DNA of 64,000 nt from Clostridia bacterium. Its GTDB lineage: Bacteria; Bacillota; Clostridia; Christensenellales; Aristaeellaceae. This document shows positions 41,656 through 49,227 of this stretch, one piece after another. The stretch spans positions 49,950 to 113,949 of the forward strand of contig JAFVXE010000018.1 in NCBI GenBank assembly GCA_017501255.1, written 5' to 3'. Each line of letters begins with the position of its first letter. Position 1 is the first letter of the stretch. The position numbers were made by a program, and so were the translations under genes. Under the pieces are notes generated by a model. It was not told where the DNA came from. It worked only from the letters and a program-made list of their open reading frames with translations, and ran no database searches.

Positions 41656-41846
41656 GGAATCGTCTCCTTTCTTCAGCGCCGCAGCGCTGTCATGGTGGGT
41701 AACCGATGGAATCGGCGCAGGGAGGCAAGCCCTCCCTGATGCTGGCAAAGGGGAACTACCCTCTGACAGCGGGCTGCATGCAATGCCCCTCAGAGAGCGC
41801 AATGCACGGGCACCGTGCGTATAATTGCGCCCTCACAAGTGAGGGG

Positions 41847-42233
41847 TCAGCTTGTCTGAACATCGGCACTCCGGATCGGTACCCGTTTGTCCCCGGACGC
41901 TATGCTGCTCAACAGCTCTTCCACGGTGCCCTCGGCATCCCCTCGACGAATCGCCAACATCTCATTGACAATCTTCTGGACACCGCCAAAGCTGAACACA
42001 TAGTTCAGGAACAGCTTGATATCCTCGTCGCTCAGCAGTTCGGCTTTGTCCCCGAGGTGATGGGTCAGTTCTCCACCACGGAAGTAGATATGGGCGTTGC
42101 GCTCCCGGCGGGCAGCCTCGCTGATCTGTTTGTGCAGCTCTTTGATGAGGGCATTCTTTTCGTCTCGTTCCCGCAGAGCTTTGGCTTCTGCGGCACGAAG
42201 TTCGTCTACGGTTTTGTTCTTTCTTCTGCTCAT
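41847..42233 (-). CDS. relaxase accessory protein (DUF3847-like, from memory)
   Basis: 128 aa with a coiled-coil N-terminus. RBS GGAGG. Immediately upstream of the relaxase, as in clostridial mobilisable transposons. Confidence 0.55.
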   Translation of the reverse strand: MSRRKNKTVDELRAAEAKALRERDEKNALIKELHKQISEAARRERNAHIYFRGGELTHHLGDKAELLSDEDIKLFLNYVFSFGGVQKIVNEMLAIRRGDAEGTVEELLSSIASGDKRVPIRSADVQTS

Positions 42234-42290
42234 TGTGGTTCCTCCTTTTCGTTATCTGGTTTTGGTTGAGTGTGACTTTGCTGCCCCGAA

Positions 42291-42476
42291 TCAAGCGACA
42301 CGAGATGGCTGATTCGGGGCGGCCTGGCTGGCGCTGTTTTCTTCTGCGGACGCTTGCTGAGCAGCATCGGCTTCGAAGAAAGCCTGCATCCTGGGGAGAA
42401 GACAGCGTGCGATTCGTTCGATGGCATGATCCGGAATGCGCATCTCACTGTTTGGGATGGGATGGTTCTCCTGCAT
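42291..42476 (-). CDS. small hypothetical protein (first gene of the mob operon)
   Basis: 61 aa from ATG 42476 with RBS AAAGGAG. Sequence MQENHPIPNSEMRIPDHAIERIARCLLP... resembles small proteins of clostridial transposons. Confidence 0.5.
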   Translation of the reverse strand: MQENHPIPNSEMRIPDHAIERIARCLLPRMQAFFEADAAQQASAEENSASQAAPNQPSRVA

Positions 42477-42567
42477 GAAACTCCTTTCTGCCTGCCGCTT
42501 GGGCAAGCGAATTGTGTTGTTCCATTGCAAACAAAAAGACCGCATTGCTGCGGCCTGTCTGAACGGA

Positions 42568-42588
42568 ACAGATGATGAAATCATCTGT
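42568..42588. promoter_or_regulatory. candidate oriT inverted repeat
   Basis: Perfect 9-bp inverted repeat ACAGATGAT-GAA-ATCATCTGT upstream of the mob operon. No T-run on either strand. Confidence 0.3.
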
Positions 42589-42728
42589 GTGAATATACGG
42601 AGAAAAACAGGAGAAACGAGATGTGGACGCAGGATTGCAAGGCATCTGCGAGAACCCAAGAGCTGGTTGCAAAAATGCAACTATATTTTTGTAAGCGGGT
42701 CGAAAAAACGAAAAGTATGTCGTTTTGG

Positions 42729-42778
42729 TTGACAGCAAATGCAATCAGATATAGAATACATATAAGAACATATGTTCT
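42729..42778 (+). promoter_or_regulatory. promoter and palindromic operator of the XRE-sigma operon
   Basis: TTGACA (42729), 17-nt spacer, TAGAAT (42752). A 14-bp perfect palindrome AGAACATATGTTCT (42765-42778) lies just downstream. Confidence 0.55.
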
Positions 42779-42805
42779 GATATGATTTGTGCAGGAGGTG
42801 CTAAA

Positions 42806-43678
42806 ATGACCCAGCAATGGCTTCCGGGGGACATCCGGGATAGAATACGCGACCTGTACCGTGCGGCAGGGATGAAACAATCCGACTTGGCAGACGCCAT
42901 TGGCATTGACAAAAGCACCCTCAGCCGTTTCATGACAGGGAAAACCGATAAGCTATCCGACAGCAACATCCAAAAGATCGCGCAGTACTTTAAGGTCTCC
43001 ACCGATTTTTTACTGGGCATCACAGAAGTTTCGGATCGAAAAAACTATGATGTTGGTGAACTGGGACTCACAACACAGGCAGCAAGAAATCTGTTCACCC
43101 GGAAAGTGGATCCGGGGATCGTATGCGAGCTGTTGGAACATCCCCGTTTTGCAGATCTGACCCACATGATTGCAGCCTACAAAGAGGAACTGTTTTCTTC
43201 CGGCGTTGCCGTTCAGAATCAGATGCTCAGTTCTCTGAGTGGCATGGTTCTCGCACAGGGAAAGCTGCATCCGGAGGATCAGAATGCAGCACAAGATACA
43301 GCGGGTTTACTGCAATCCTTCCGTCAGCCGCTTCACTTAGCAGAAACGGACGGCATTCAGCAAACATTCATGCAGATTCTTCGGGATATGAAAGCAAGCG
43401 GAACGGAGAATGCCAAACAAACGGCTGCTCTCACCAAGGCCTCCATGCAGCAGATCACCGAAACAACGTGCAAGGGTGAGAATGCAATCGACCTCCATAC
43501 TGTCTCACCTGAGCAGATCATCGGCGGCATCATGGGCGCAATGAAGCTACCGGATGTACCAGAAAAATATCATGCCTCAATGGCTGCTGCCATGCAGCAA
43601 TTCCAGCTGGGTTTGCTTCAATACTTCGCTGTTCTGGAACAAATCAAACTTGACGAAGGATTCAGCAATGACCAATGA
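42806..43678 (+). CDS. XRE-family HTH regulator with long C-terminal domain
   Basis: N-terminal HTH (MKQSDLADAIGIDKSTLSRFMTG). Start at ATG 42806 with RBS AGGAGG. Confidence 0.8.
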   Translation: MTQQWLPGDIRDRIRDLYRAAGMKQSDLADAIGIDKSTLSRFMTGKTDKLSDSNIQKIAQYFKVSTDFLLGITEVSDRKNYDVGELGLTTQAARNLFTRKVDPGIVCELLEHPRFADLTHMIAAYKEELFSSGVAVQNQMLSSLSGMVLAQGKLHPEDQNAAQDTAGLLQSFRQPLHLAETDGIQQTFMQILRDMKASGTENAKQTAALTKASMQQITETTCKGENAIDLHTVSPEQIIGGIMGAMKLPDVPEKYHASMAAAMQQFQLGLLQYFAVLEQIKLDEGFSNDQ

Positions 43679-44294
43679 GGAACTGTGCATTGCCTGTCAG
43701 GCAGGAGAGACAAATGCTGCGGAGGAACTCATAGCAGTCAACTTCCCTTTCATTCGCTCGGTTGCCCTGGGCTTTGAAAGAGCTTTTCCGGGACTATGGT
43801 TGGATGCGGATGATTTCACACAGGAAGGTGCGCTGGCGTTGCTGCGTGCTGTGCAGTACTTTGATCCTGATGCTGGGGCGGGCTTTCTGACTTATGCAGC
43901 ATCAGCGATCCGCAACGGCATCCGAGATTCAATTCGTGCTGCACGCCGAAACGTGCAATCGGCACAAGGGAACGTAACATATTCAGATCAGCAATCAGGT
44001 ACTCAAAGCCAACGTGGATTCGCTTCCTTGAGAACAGCCAGTCATGCGAACGATCCTGAGCATCTGTACCTGAGAAAAGAGCTGTTTCAGCAGCTTCATA
44101 CCACGATGCAATCTCTGCCGAAACGGGAACAGGTCTGGCTCAGAGTGAGGTTTGGATTTGACGATTGCGAACCGATGTCATTGGCTGAAACTGCCAGACA
44201 GTTTCAAATGAGTATCAGTCGGGCAAAACGATTGGAACAGCAGGCAATCACTCATATGAGAAGCAGTCGCTTGCTTGAAAAAGATGCCAATTGA
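43668..44294 (+). CDS. sigma-70 family RNA polymerase sigma factor (regions 2 and 4)
   Basis: Region 2 (DDFTQEGALALLRAVQYFD) and region 4 HTH (SLAETARQFQMSISRAKRLEQQA). The ATG overlaps the XRE gene end by 11 nt. Confidence 0.8.
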   Translation: MTNEELCIACQAGETNAAEELIAVNFPFIRSVALGFERAFPGLWLDADDFTQEGALALLRAVQYFDPDAGAGFLTYAASAIRNGIRDSIRAARRNVQSAQGNVTYSDQQSGTQSQRGFASLRTASHANDPEHLYLRKELFQQLHTTMQSLPKREQVWLRVRFGFDDCEPMSLAETARQFQMSISRAKRLEQQAITHMRSSRLLEKDAN

Positions 44295-44342
44295 CACCCC
44301 TAAACAGACGTGGTATTATTATCCCACAAGGAGGTGCAACTT

Positions 44343-44600
44343 ATGAGTCAATGTATTCCTATCCGTGATTTGAAAGATACCACAAACATTTCCCAGATGT
44401 GTCATGCCAGCAAGGAGCCGATCACCATCACCAAAAACGGCTACGAAGACATGGTGATTATGAGCGCAGAGGTGTACAACCGCATTCGTCTGTACAGCGT
44501 ATATGAAAAACTGGTGGAGGCGGAAAACGAAATTGCCGAGGGCAAAGTCACAGACGCATTTTCTGCCATGAGCGCTATGAGGAGCAAGTATGGCTTATAA
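44343..44600 (+). CDS. Phd/YefM-type antitoxin
   Basis: 85 aa. RBS AGGAGG. Promoter TTGACA-17-TATTAT upstream. Overlaps the toxin start. Confidence 0.8.
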   Translation: MSQCIPIRDLKDTTNISQMCHASKEPITITKNGYEDMVIMSAEVYNRIRLYSVYEKLVEAENEIAEGKVTDAFSAMSAMRSKYGL

Positions 44601-44889
44601 CGTTAAGATCACCGCATCGGCAGAGAAGGATCTGGATGAGATTCTTACCTACATTGTGGAGGAATTAAGTAATCCACAGGCAGCCGGGCATCTGCTGGAT
44701 GAAATCACCAAGACCGTTCATGTGCTTGCGGAGAATCCCATGATCTATCCGGCGTGCACTCAGCCCTTGTTGCAACGATTCCGCAAGGTTGTGGTGATGC
44801 GGTATGTGATCATCTACCGGGTTGACACTACCACCGTTTATGTGGAACGTCTGTTCAGCCAGCTGGAGGATTATGTGCACAAGCTGTAA
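44590..44889 (+). CDS. RelE/ParE family toxin
   Basis: 99 aa with ParE-like sequence (ITASAEKDLDEILTYI...YRV). Overlaps the antitoxin stop by 11 nt. Confidence 0.8.
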   Translation: MAYNVKITASAEKDLDEILTYIVEELSNPQAAGHLLDEITKTVHVLAENPMIYPACTQPLLQRFRKVVVMRYVIIYRVDTTTVYVERLFSQLEDYVHKL

Positions 44890-44919
44890 TCAGCCATATG
44901 AAGCAGATGGGAGGTGAAG

Positions 44920-46401
44920 ATGATGACTGGCGTTATTTATGCCCGCTATTCTTCGGATAATCAACGTGAAGAAAGTATTGAAGGTCAGCTGCGTGAATGC
45001 ATGGCTTATGCAGAGCGCAACGGGATCACGGTGATCGGTAACTATATCGATCGCGCCATGTCCGCAAGAACGGCAGACCGTCCTGATTTTCAGCGAATGA
45101 TTAACGACAGCGAGAAAAAGCTGTTCGATGTGATCATTGTTTGGAAGCTGGATCGTTTCTCCCGTGACCGCTATGACAGCGCCACCTACAAGCATATTCT
45201 GAAAAAGAATGGCGTGAAGGTGATCTCTGCCACAGAAAACATCACCGACAGTCCCGAAGGCATCCTTCTGGAATCATTGCTGGAGGGTTTGTCCGAATAT
45301 TATTCTGCGGAACTTGCTGTGAAGATTCAGCGTGGACAGACAGAAAACGCACTCAAAGGCAGAAACAATGGCGGAACGATCCCGATGGGCTTCCGCCGTG
45401 GCGCGGACGGTGTATTGGAGCTTGATCCTGCCACTGCTCCCATTGTTCAGGAAATCTTCCGCCGTTATGACAACGGCGAATCGCTTACAAGCATAGTAGA
45501 TTTTCTGAACAAGCAGGGTGTTCGCACTTCCAAGGGGAAGACCTTCCGCATCGGCAGCATGGAAACAGTGTTGAAAAACCGGAAGTATATCGGTGAATAT
45601 CGCTATGGTCAGATCGTCATCCCCGGCAAGCTGCCTGTCATTGTTAACGAAGCGCAATTCAACCGGGTACAGCAGCGGATGGAAGCCAACCGTCGTGCCC
45701 CCGCAAGAGCAAAAGCCACGGAGGAATATCTTCTGACCACCAAATTGTTCTGCGGCAAATGCGGGCGAATGCTGGCAGGTGAAAGCGGACGGAGCAACAA
45801 TGGCGATGTGTACCATTACTACAAATGCGGCGGCGCCAAGCGCAAGCTGGGCTGCAATCTGAAAGCACTCAAAAAGCATTGGATCGAACGGGCTGTGGTT
45901 CAGACAACCGTATCACGCGTCATGAACGACGAGGTCATCAGCCGCATTGCCGATGCGATCATTGCTTTGCAGGATCAGAAAAATACGATGCTTCCCACGC
46001 TCCGTCAGCAGTTGAAGGAATGCGAAAAAGCCATTGAAAACATGCTGAGCGCCATCGAAGCCGGCATCATTACGCCTTCCACTAAGAAGCGGCTGGAAGA
46101 GCTGGAAGCCCGCCGGGAAGAACTGAACATCAGCATCCTGCAGGAAAAGCTGGGCAAGCCAAAGTTCACCAAAAAACAGATCGTTGGATGGATCGAACGG
46201 TTCAAATATGGCGATCCCAACGATCTGGAATATCAGAAGCAGATCATCGATGTTTTCGTCAACAGCATTTATGTGTTTGAAGACAAGCTGGTGATGACCT
46301 ATAACTACAAAGACGAATCGGAGACGATTTCTCTGGATGATGTCCAGCAGGTTTTCGGTTCGGATATTGCCGGTAGTGCTCCACCAGTAGAAAACGCTTG
46401 A
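44920..46401 (+). CDS. large serine recombinase
   Basis: Resolvase catalytic N-terminus (YARYSSDNQ), recombinase domain, zinc ribbon (CGKCG...YYKCGG), coiled coil. ATG 44920 follows GGAGG. The last 8 codons run through the tRNA-derived 11-mer. Confidence 0.9.
   Translation: MMTGVIYARYSSDNQREESIEGQLRECMAYAERNGITVIGNYIDRAMSARTADRPDFQRMINDSEKKLFDVIIVWKLDRFSRDRYDSATYKHILKKNGVKVISATENITDSPEGILLESLLEGLSEYYSAELAVKIQRGQTENALKGRNNGGTIPMGFRRGADGVLELDPATAPIVQEIFRRYDNGESLTSIVDFLNKQGVRTSKGKTFRIGSMETVLKNRKYIGEYRYGQIVIPGKLPVIVNEAQFNRVQQRMEANRRAPARAKATEEYLLTTKLFCGKCGRMLAGESGRSNNGDVYHYYKCGGAKRKLGCNLKALKKHWIERAVVQTTVSRVMNDEVISRIADAIIALQDQKNTMLPTLRQQLKECEKAIENMLSAIEAGIITPSTKKRLEELEARREELNISILQEKLGKPKFTKKQIVGWIERFKYGDPNDLEYQKQIIDVFVNSIYVFEDKLVMTYNYKDESETISLDDVQQVFGSDIAGSAPPVENA
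46377..46387 (+). repeat. remnant of the tRNA-Ala 3' end (candidate attL core of element B)
   Basis: TGCTCCACCAG is identical to the last 11 nt of the attR block (57790-57800) and to tRNA nt 67-76. A tRNA-style terminator follows it. Confidence 0.5.
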
Positions 46402-46430
46402 TCCATAAAGGATTGAGCGTTTTTCTTTTT
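46393..46430 (+). terminator. rho-independent terminator (element-borne, positioned like a tRNA terminator)
   Basis: 12-bp stem 46393-46404/46410-46421 (2 G:U pairs), loop ATAAA, then TTTTTCTTTTT. Confidence 0.7.
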
Positions 46431-46457
46431 GCCTGTTGTAGCCTGCTGGATGGACGC

Positions 46458-46605
46458 TGACAGTAATATTGACAGTAACCAGCATTTTGAGGAACAAAAA
46501 GGAGTTTTCATCTTCTATATTCATGACAAACATGACAGAACGGTGCAAAACATTGAGGTGCAATAGAATCAGCCACGCCAAATCCTCCGCCACACCCATG
46601 ACAAA
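46458..46605. repeat. integrase arm-type site cluster (left arm)
   Basis: TGACAGTAAT/TGACAGTAAC at 46458 and 46470 (12-bp period). CATGACAAA-type sites at 46522, 46531 and 46596, which are the reverse complement of TTTGTCATG. Confidence 0.6.
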
Positions 46606-46648
46606 CCATGCCAAAATAAAAAACTGCTCTCGCAGTGGAGAGCAGCCA

Positions 46649-47803
46649 TCAAATAATATCCGACATTGCGGCCATGCCGCGTTTTTTTGTTTCCGTGTCG
46701 CTGTGCACATATTTTTGCATGGTAAAGGCAACGTTGGTATGCCCAAGAATCTCAGAGAGGGTACGGATATCTTGTCCACGCTGAACCCAAAGCGTAGCGA
46801 ATGTGTGGCGGAGGGCATGCACACCACGGCGTTTCAGCTCTGCCTGATCCAAACAGTTGCGCAGCGTGCGGCCCAGATTGTGCCGGTCAGCTGCCTTGCC
46901 GGTGGATGTCGCAAATACATACTGTTTGCCCCTGCCTGGATCTTTTCCTTCCCATGCTTCCCCTGCGCGCATGCGGTCTAGTTTCTGAGCAATGCGCTGT
47001 TCTTCCAACAGTTCGAGCATCTTCTGGTTGAAGGGAATGAAGCGCTTACCCGCTTTAGTCTTTGGTGCAGTACAGACACGGATGCTCTCCTTCCCATCCT
47101 CGGACAGAGCCTTGCCGTTGATGATATAGGTGATCTGATTGACGTTGAAACCGTCGGCTTCGATATCACACCAGCGCAGACCGCACAATTCGCTTACGCG
47201 CAAGCCGGTACCGAGAATGAAACACAACGCACGGCCGTTGGTGGTCATGGGCAGCACATTCAGCAGCTTGGATACCTCCGCCGCCGTGAGAAATTCGATT
47301 TCTTTTTGCTCCATCTTCGGAAGTTTAGCGGCGTCCGCGGGGCTTTGGCTGATCAGGTGGTTTTCCTTAGCCTGCTCCAGCGCACGCTTGAGGACAACAA
47401 CATGTCGTTTCACGCTGGAAGGTGCGCAGCCTTCCTTAACCTGCTTGTTGATGAAACTTTGCACCTGATCCGGGCGGAGGGCTTGTAGGCGTGTTTTTCC
47501 AAGTGCCGGGATCAGATGGTTATCTACGACACTTTTATAGCTGGCTAAGGTGCTTTTTCGTACTGCCGGCGCCGCATATTCTTTCAGCCAAAGCGTGAGC
47601 CAACCTTCCATAGTGATCTTACTCGGATCAGTATATGTGCCTGCCAGTATCTTTGCCCTGGCTTCCTGAAGACGGCTTACTGCTTCAGCTTGTGTTTTGG
47701 CTGCACGGCTGATTTGTTTGCCATTCACTGTGTAGGCGTATCCCCAGCGACCATCTTTTCGCTGGTATATGGAACCTTCGCCGTTGGCACGTTTTTTGGG
47801 CAT
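46649..47803 (-). CDS. int: tyrosine-type site-specific integrase
   Basis: 384 aa with an N-terminal SAM-like domain. Catalytic R...HxLRH...Y (ALRHTFATL, GHTNVAFTMQKYVH). Own terminator at 46622-46648. Confidence 0.9.
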   Translation of the reverse strand: MPKKRANGEGSIYQRKDGRWGYAYTVNGKQISRAAKTQAEAVSRLQEARAKILAGTYTDPSKITMEGWLTLWLKEYAAPAVRKSTLASYKSVVDNHLIPALGKTRLQALRPDQVQSFINKQVKEGCAPSSVKRHVVVLKRALEQAKENHLISQSPADAAKLPKMEQKEIEFLTAAEVSKLLNVLPMTTNGRALCFILGTGLRVSELCGLRWCDIEADGFNVNQITYIINGKALSEDGKESIRVCTAPKTKAGKRFIPFNQKMLELLEEQRIAQKLDRMRAGEAWEGKDPGRGKQYVFATSTGKAADRHNLGRTLRNCLDQAELKRRGVHALRHTFATLWVQRGQDIRTLSEILGHTNVAFTMQKYVHSDTETKKRGMAAMSDII

Positions 47804-47805
47804 TG

Positions 47806-48369
47806 TTATTTCTCCTGACTTACGTATTTTTGAATCAGCTCTTCTTCAAATCCAGATGCAAGCCTGTGACAGATCCATCTGATTTGTTCGTTAGGATCCA
47901 TGATTATTTCACATTCGTTGTGGTCGTTGAATTTGAACACAAAGTAAAAACCTTTTGATTGTACCTGATGGGAACCATGTATGAAGCCTGTCATTTGAAT
48001 GCTTTCTTTTTTGCATATGTATTGGATGAAGTTATTGATTATTTCGCGTGATGCTGGCGCCTGATACTTTTCAAGAAGTTGAAGACTTTTTCTATTTAAT
48101 CCAGTAGCTTTGCTTATGGCTTTTTTCTCAATATTTATTTCTTCAACTGGAGTTTTGCCTAACAAATAATCAGCTGAAACATCGAAAAAATCAGCAATTA
48201 GTGAGAATTTGTCTATTGTAGGTTGAGCTTTACCATCCATGTATTGAGAAATTGTTTGTCGGGCAACACCGACAGCCTCAGCAAGAGTTTGTTGTGAAAT
48301 TCCTTTTTCTTTCATAAGTCCGCGTAAGATCGATGGGAATGGCTTGTCATATCGGTTTTGACCGTTCAT
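47806..48369 (-). CDS. CI-like XRE-family repressor
   Basis: HTH (ISQQTLAEAVGVARQTISQYMDG). ATG 48369 with RBS GGAGGG. Stop abuts the int start. Divergent from the xis-like gene. Confidence 0.8.
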   Translation of the reverse strand: MNGQNRYDKPFPSILRGLMKEKGISQQTLAEAVGVARQTISQYMDGKAQPTIDKFSLIADFFDVSADYLLGKTPVEEINIEKKAISKATGLNRKSLQLLEKYQAPASREIINNFIQYICKKESIQMTGFIHGSHQVQSKGFYFVFKFNDHNECEIIMDPNEQIRWICHRLASGFEEELIQKYVSQEK

Positions 48370-48389
48370 ATTCGCATCCCTCCATGTTA

Positions 48390-48455
48390 AAAATACTTGC
48401 ACTTTAGTTTTCTTGGTAAATAGCACTTGCATCGCGTTGTGATTTATGATACTGT
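48390..48455. promoter_or_regulatory. lysogeny switch region with repeated operator-like sites
   Basis: ACTTGCA at 48395 and 48425, each preceded by AAATA. Rightward promoter TTGCAT-17-(TG)nTACTGT. Leftward promoter TTACCA-18-TATTTT. Confidence 0.45.
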
Positions 48456-48512
48456 TACAGTGTAGCAGATAACCATAACAAACGTCAAGTAAATGCAGGA
48501 GGTGTTAACAAA

Positions 48513-48698
48513 TTGAGTACGGTTTATACAATTCGTCAGGTATCACAGATTTTGGGTATTGCTGAAGCTACTGTTCGCCGATTGGTTCGGGAAGGTGATA
48601 TACCATCATTTCGACCGTCGCCTAGAAGGATTCTCGTACCGGTTGCAAGCTTTGAAAAATGGCTGGCAAAGAGAGCGGGCGTAGACAGTGAGCCTTGA
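48513..48698 (+). CDS. excisionase-type helix-turn-helix protein
   Basis: 61 aa with TIRQVSQILGIAEATVRRLVREGDIPS (MerR/Xis-like HTH). TTG start after AGGAGG. Confidence 0.7.
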   Translation: MSTVYTIRQVSQILGIAEATVRRLVREGDIPSFRPSPRRILVPVASFEKWLAKRAGVDSEP

Positions 48699-49227
48699 TT
48701 CTCTTAGTGTGGCACAGAACTATGGCATATATGTGAAACAAAAGGGAAACCGCTACTGGGCATGCTGTCCGCTTCACGGGGAAAAAACGCCGTCTTTGTG
48801 TTTCTTTCCTGATGGGAAATGGCATTGCTTTGGTTGTGGTAAGCATGGCGATGCGGCAGATCTGTATGCAGCCTTGAGAGGTGTTCCATTGGGTGAGGCA
48901 CTACAGGCGGTAAACGGTGGGACGTATAGGCCAAAGTTAAAAGATGGAATCACCGCTGCTGAACTCAAGAGAAGAATCGATGGATGGAAGGGACGGTTGT
49001 GGGCAATAGCGTGCATGTTGCTCCATAGAGCTAATTCAATCATTGACGATCCGGCGACTTCGGAGGATGCTCTTTGGAATGCGGTCGATCTGAAGGCAAA
49101 AGCAACAGATTTTCTAAATGCTTTAGAATGTGCACAACCTGCAGAACTGGTGAGATGGTATCTGGATAGAAAGAACAGGCAGGAAGGGCATGATGATGGA
49201 CTACAATACCGAGATTCAGGAATATGA
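48688..49227 (+). CDS. CHC2 (primase-type) zinc-finger protein
   Basis: CCPLHGEKTPSLCFFPDGKWHCFGCGKHGD matches the DnaG-type CHC2 zinc-finger pattern. GTG start. Confidence 0.7.
   Translation: MSLDSLSVAQNYGIYVKQKGNRYWACCPLHGEKTPSLCFFPDGKWHCFGCGKHGDAADLYAALRGVPLGEALQAVNGGTYRPKLKDGITAAELKRRIDGWKGRLWAIACMLLHRANSIIDDPATSEDALWNAVDLKAKATDFLNALECAQPAELVRWYLDRKNRQEGHDDGLQYRDSGI

Larger units (their letters stand above)
39850..46376. mobile_element. mobilisable element module A (relaxase + large serine recombinase); left boundary not defined
   Basis: GC drop relative to flanks. Carries MobA/MobL relaxase, an accessory gene, XRE-sigma pair, toxin-antitoxin pair, and a serine recombinase at the right extremity. 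The right limit is set where the tRNA-derived 11-mer begins. Confidence 0.55.
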
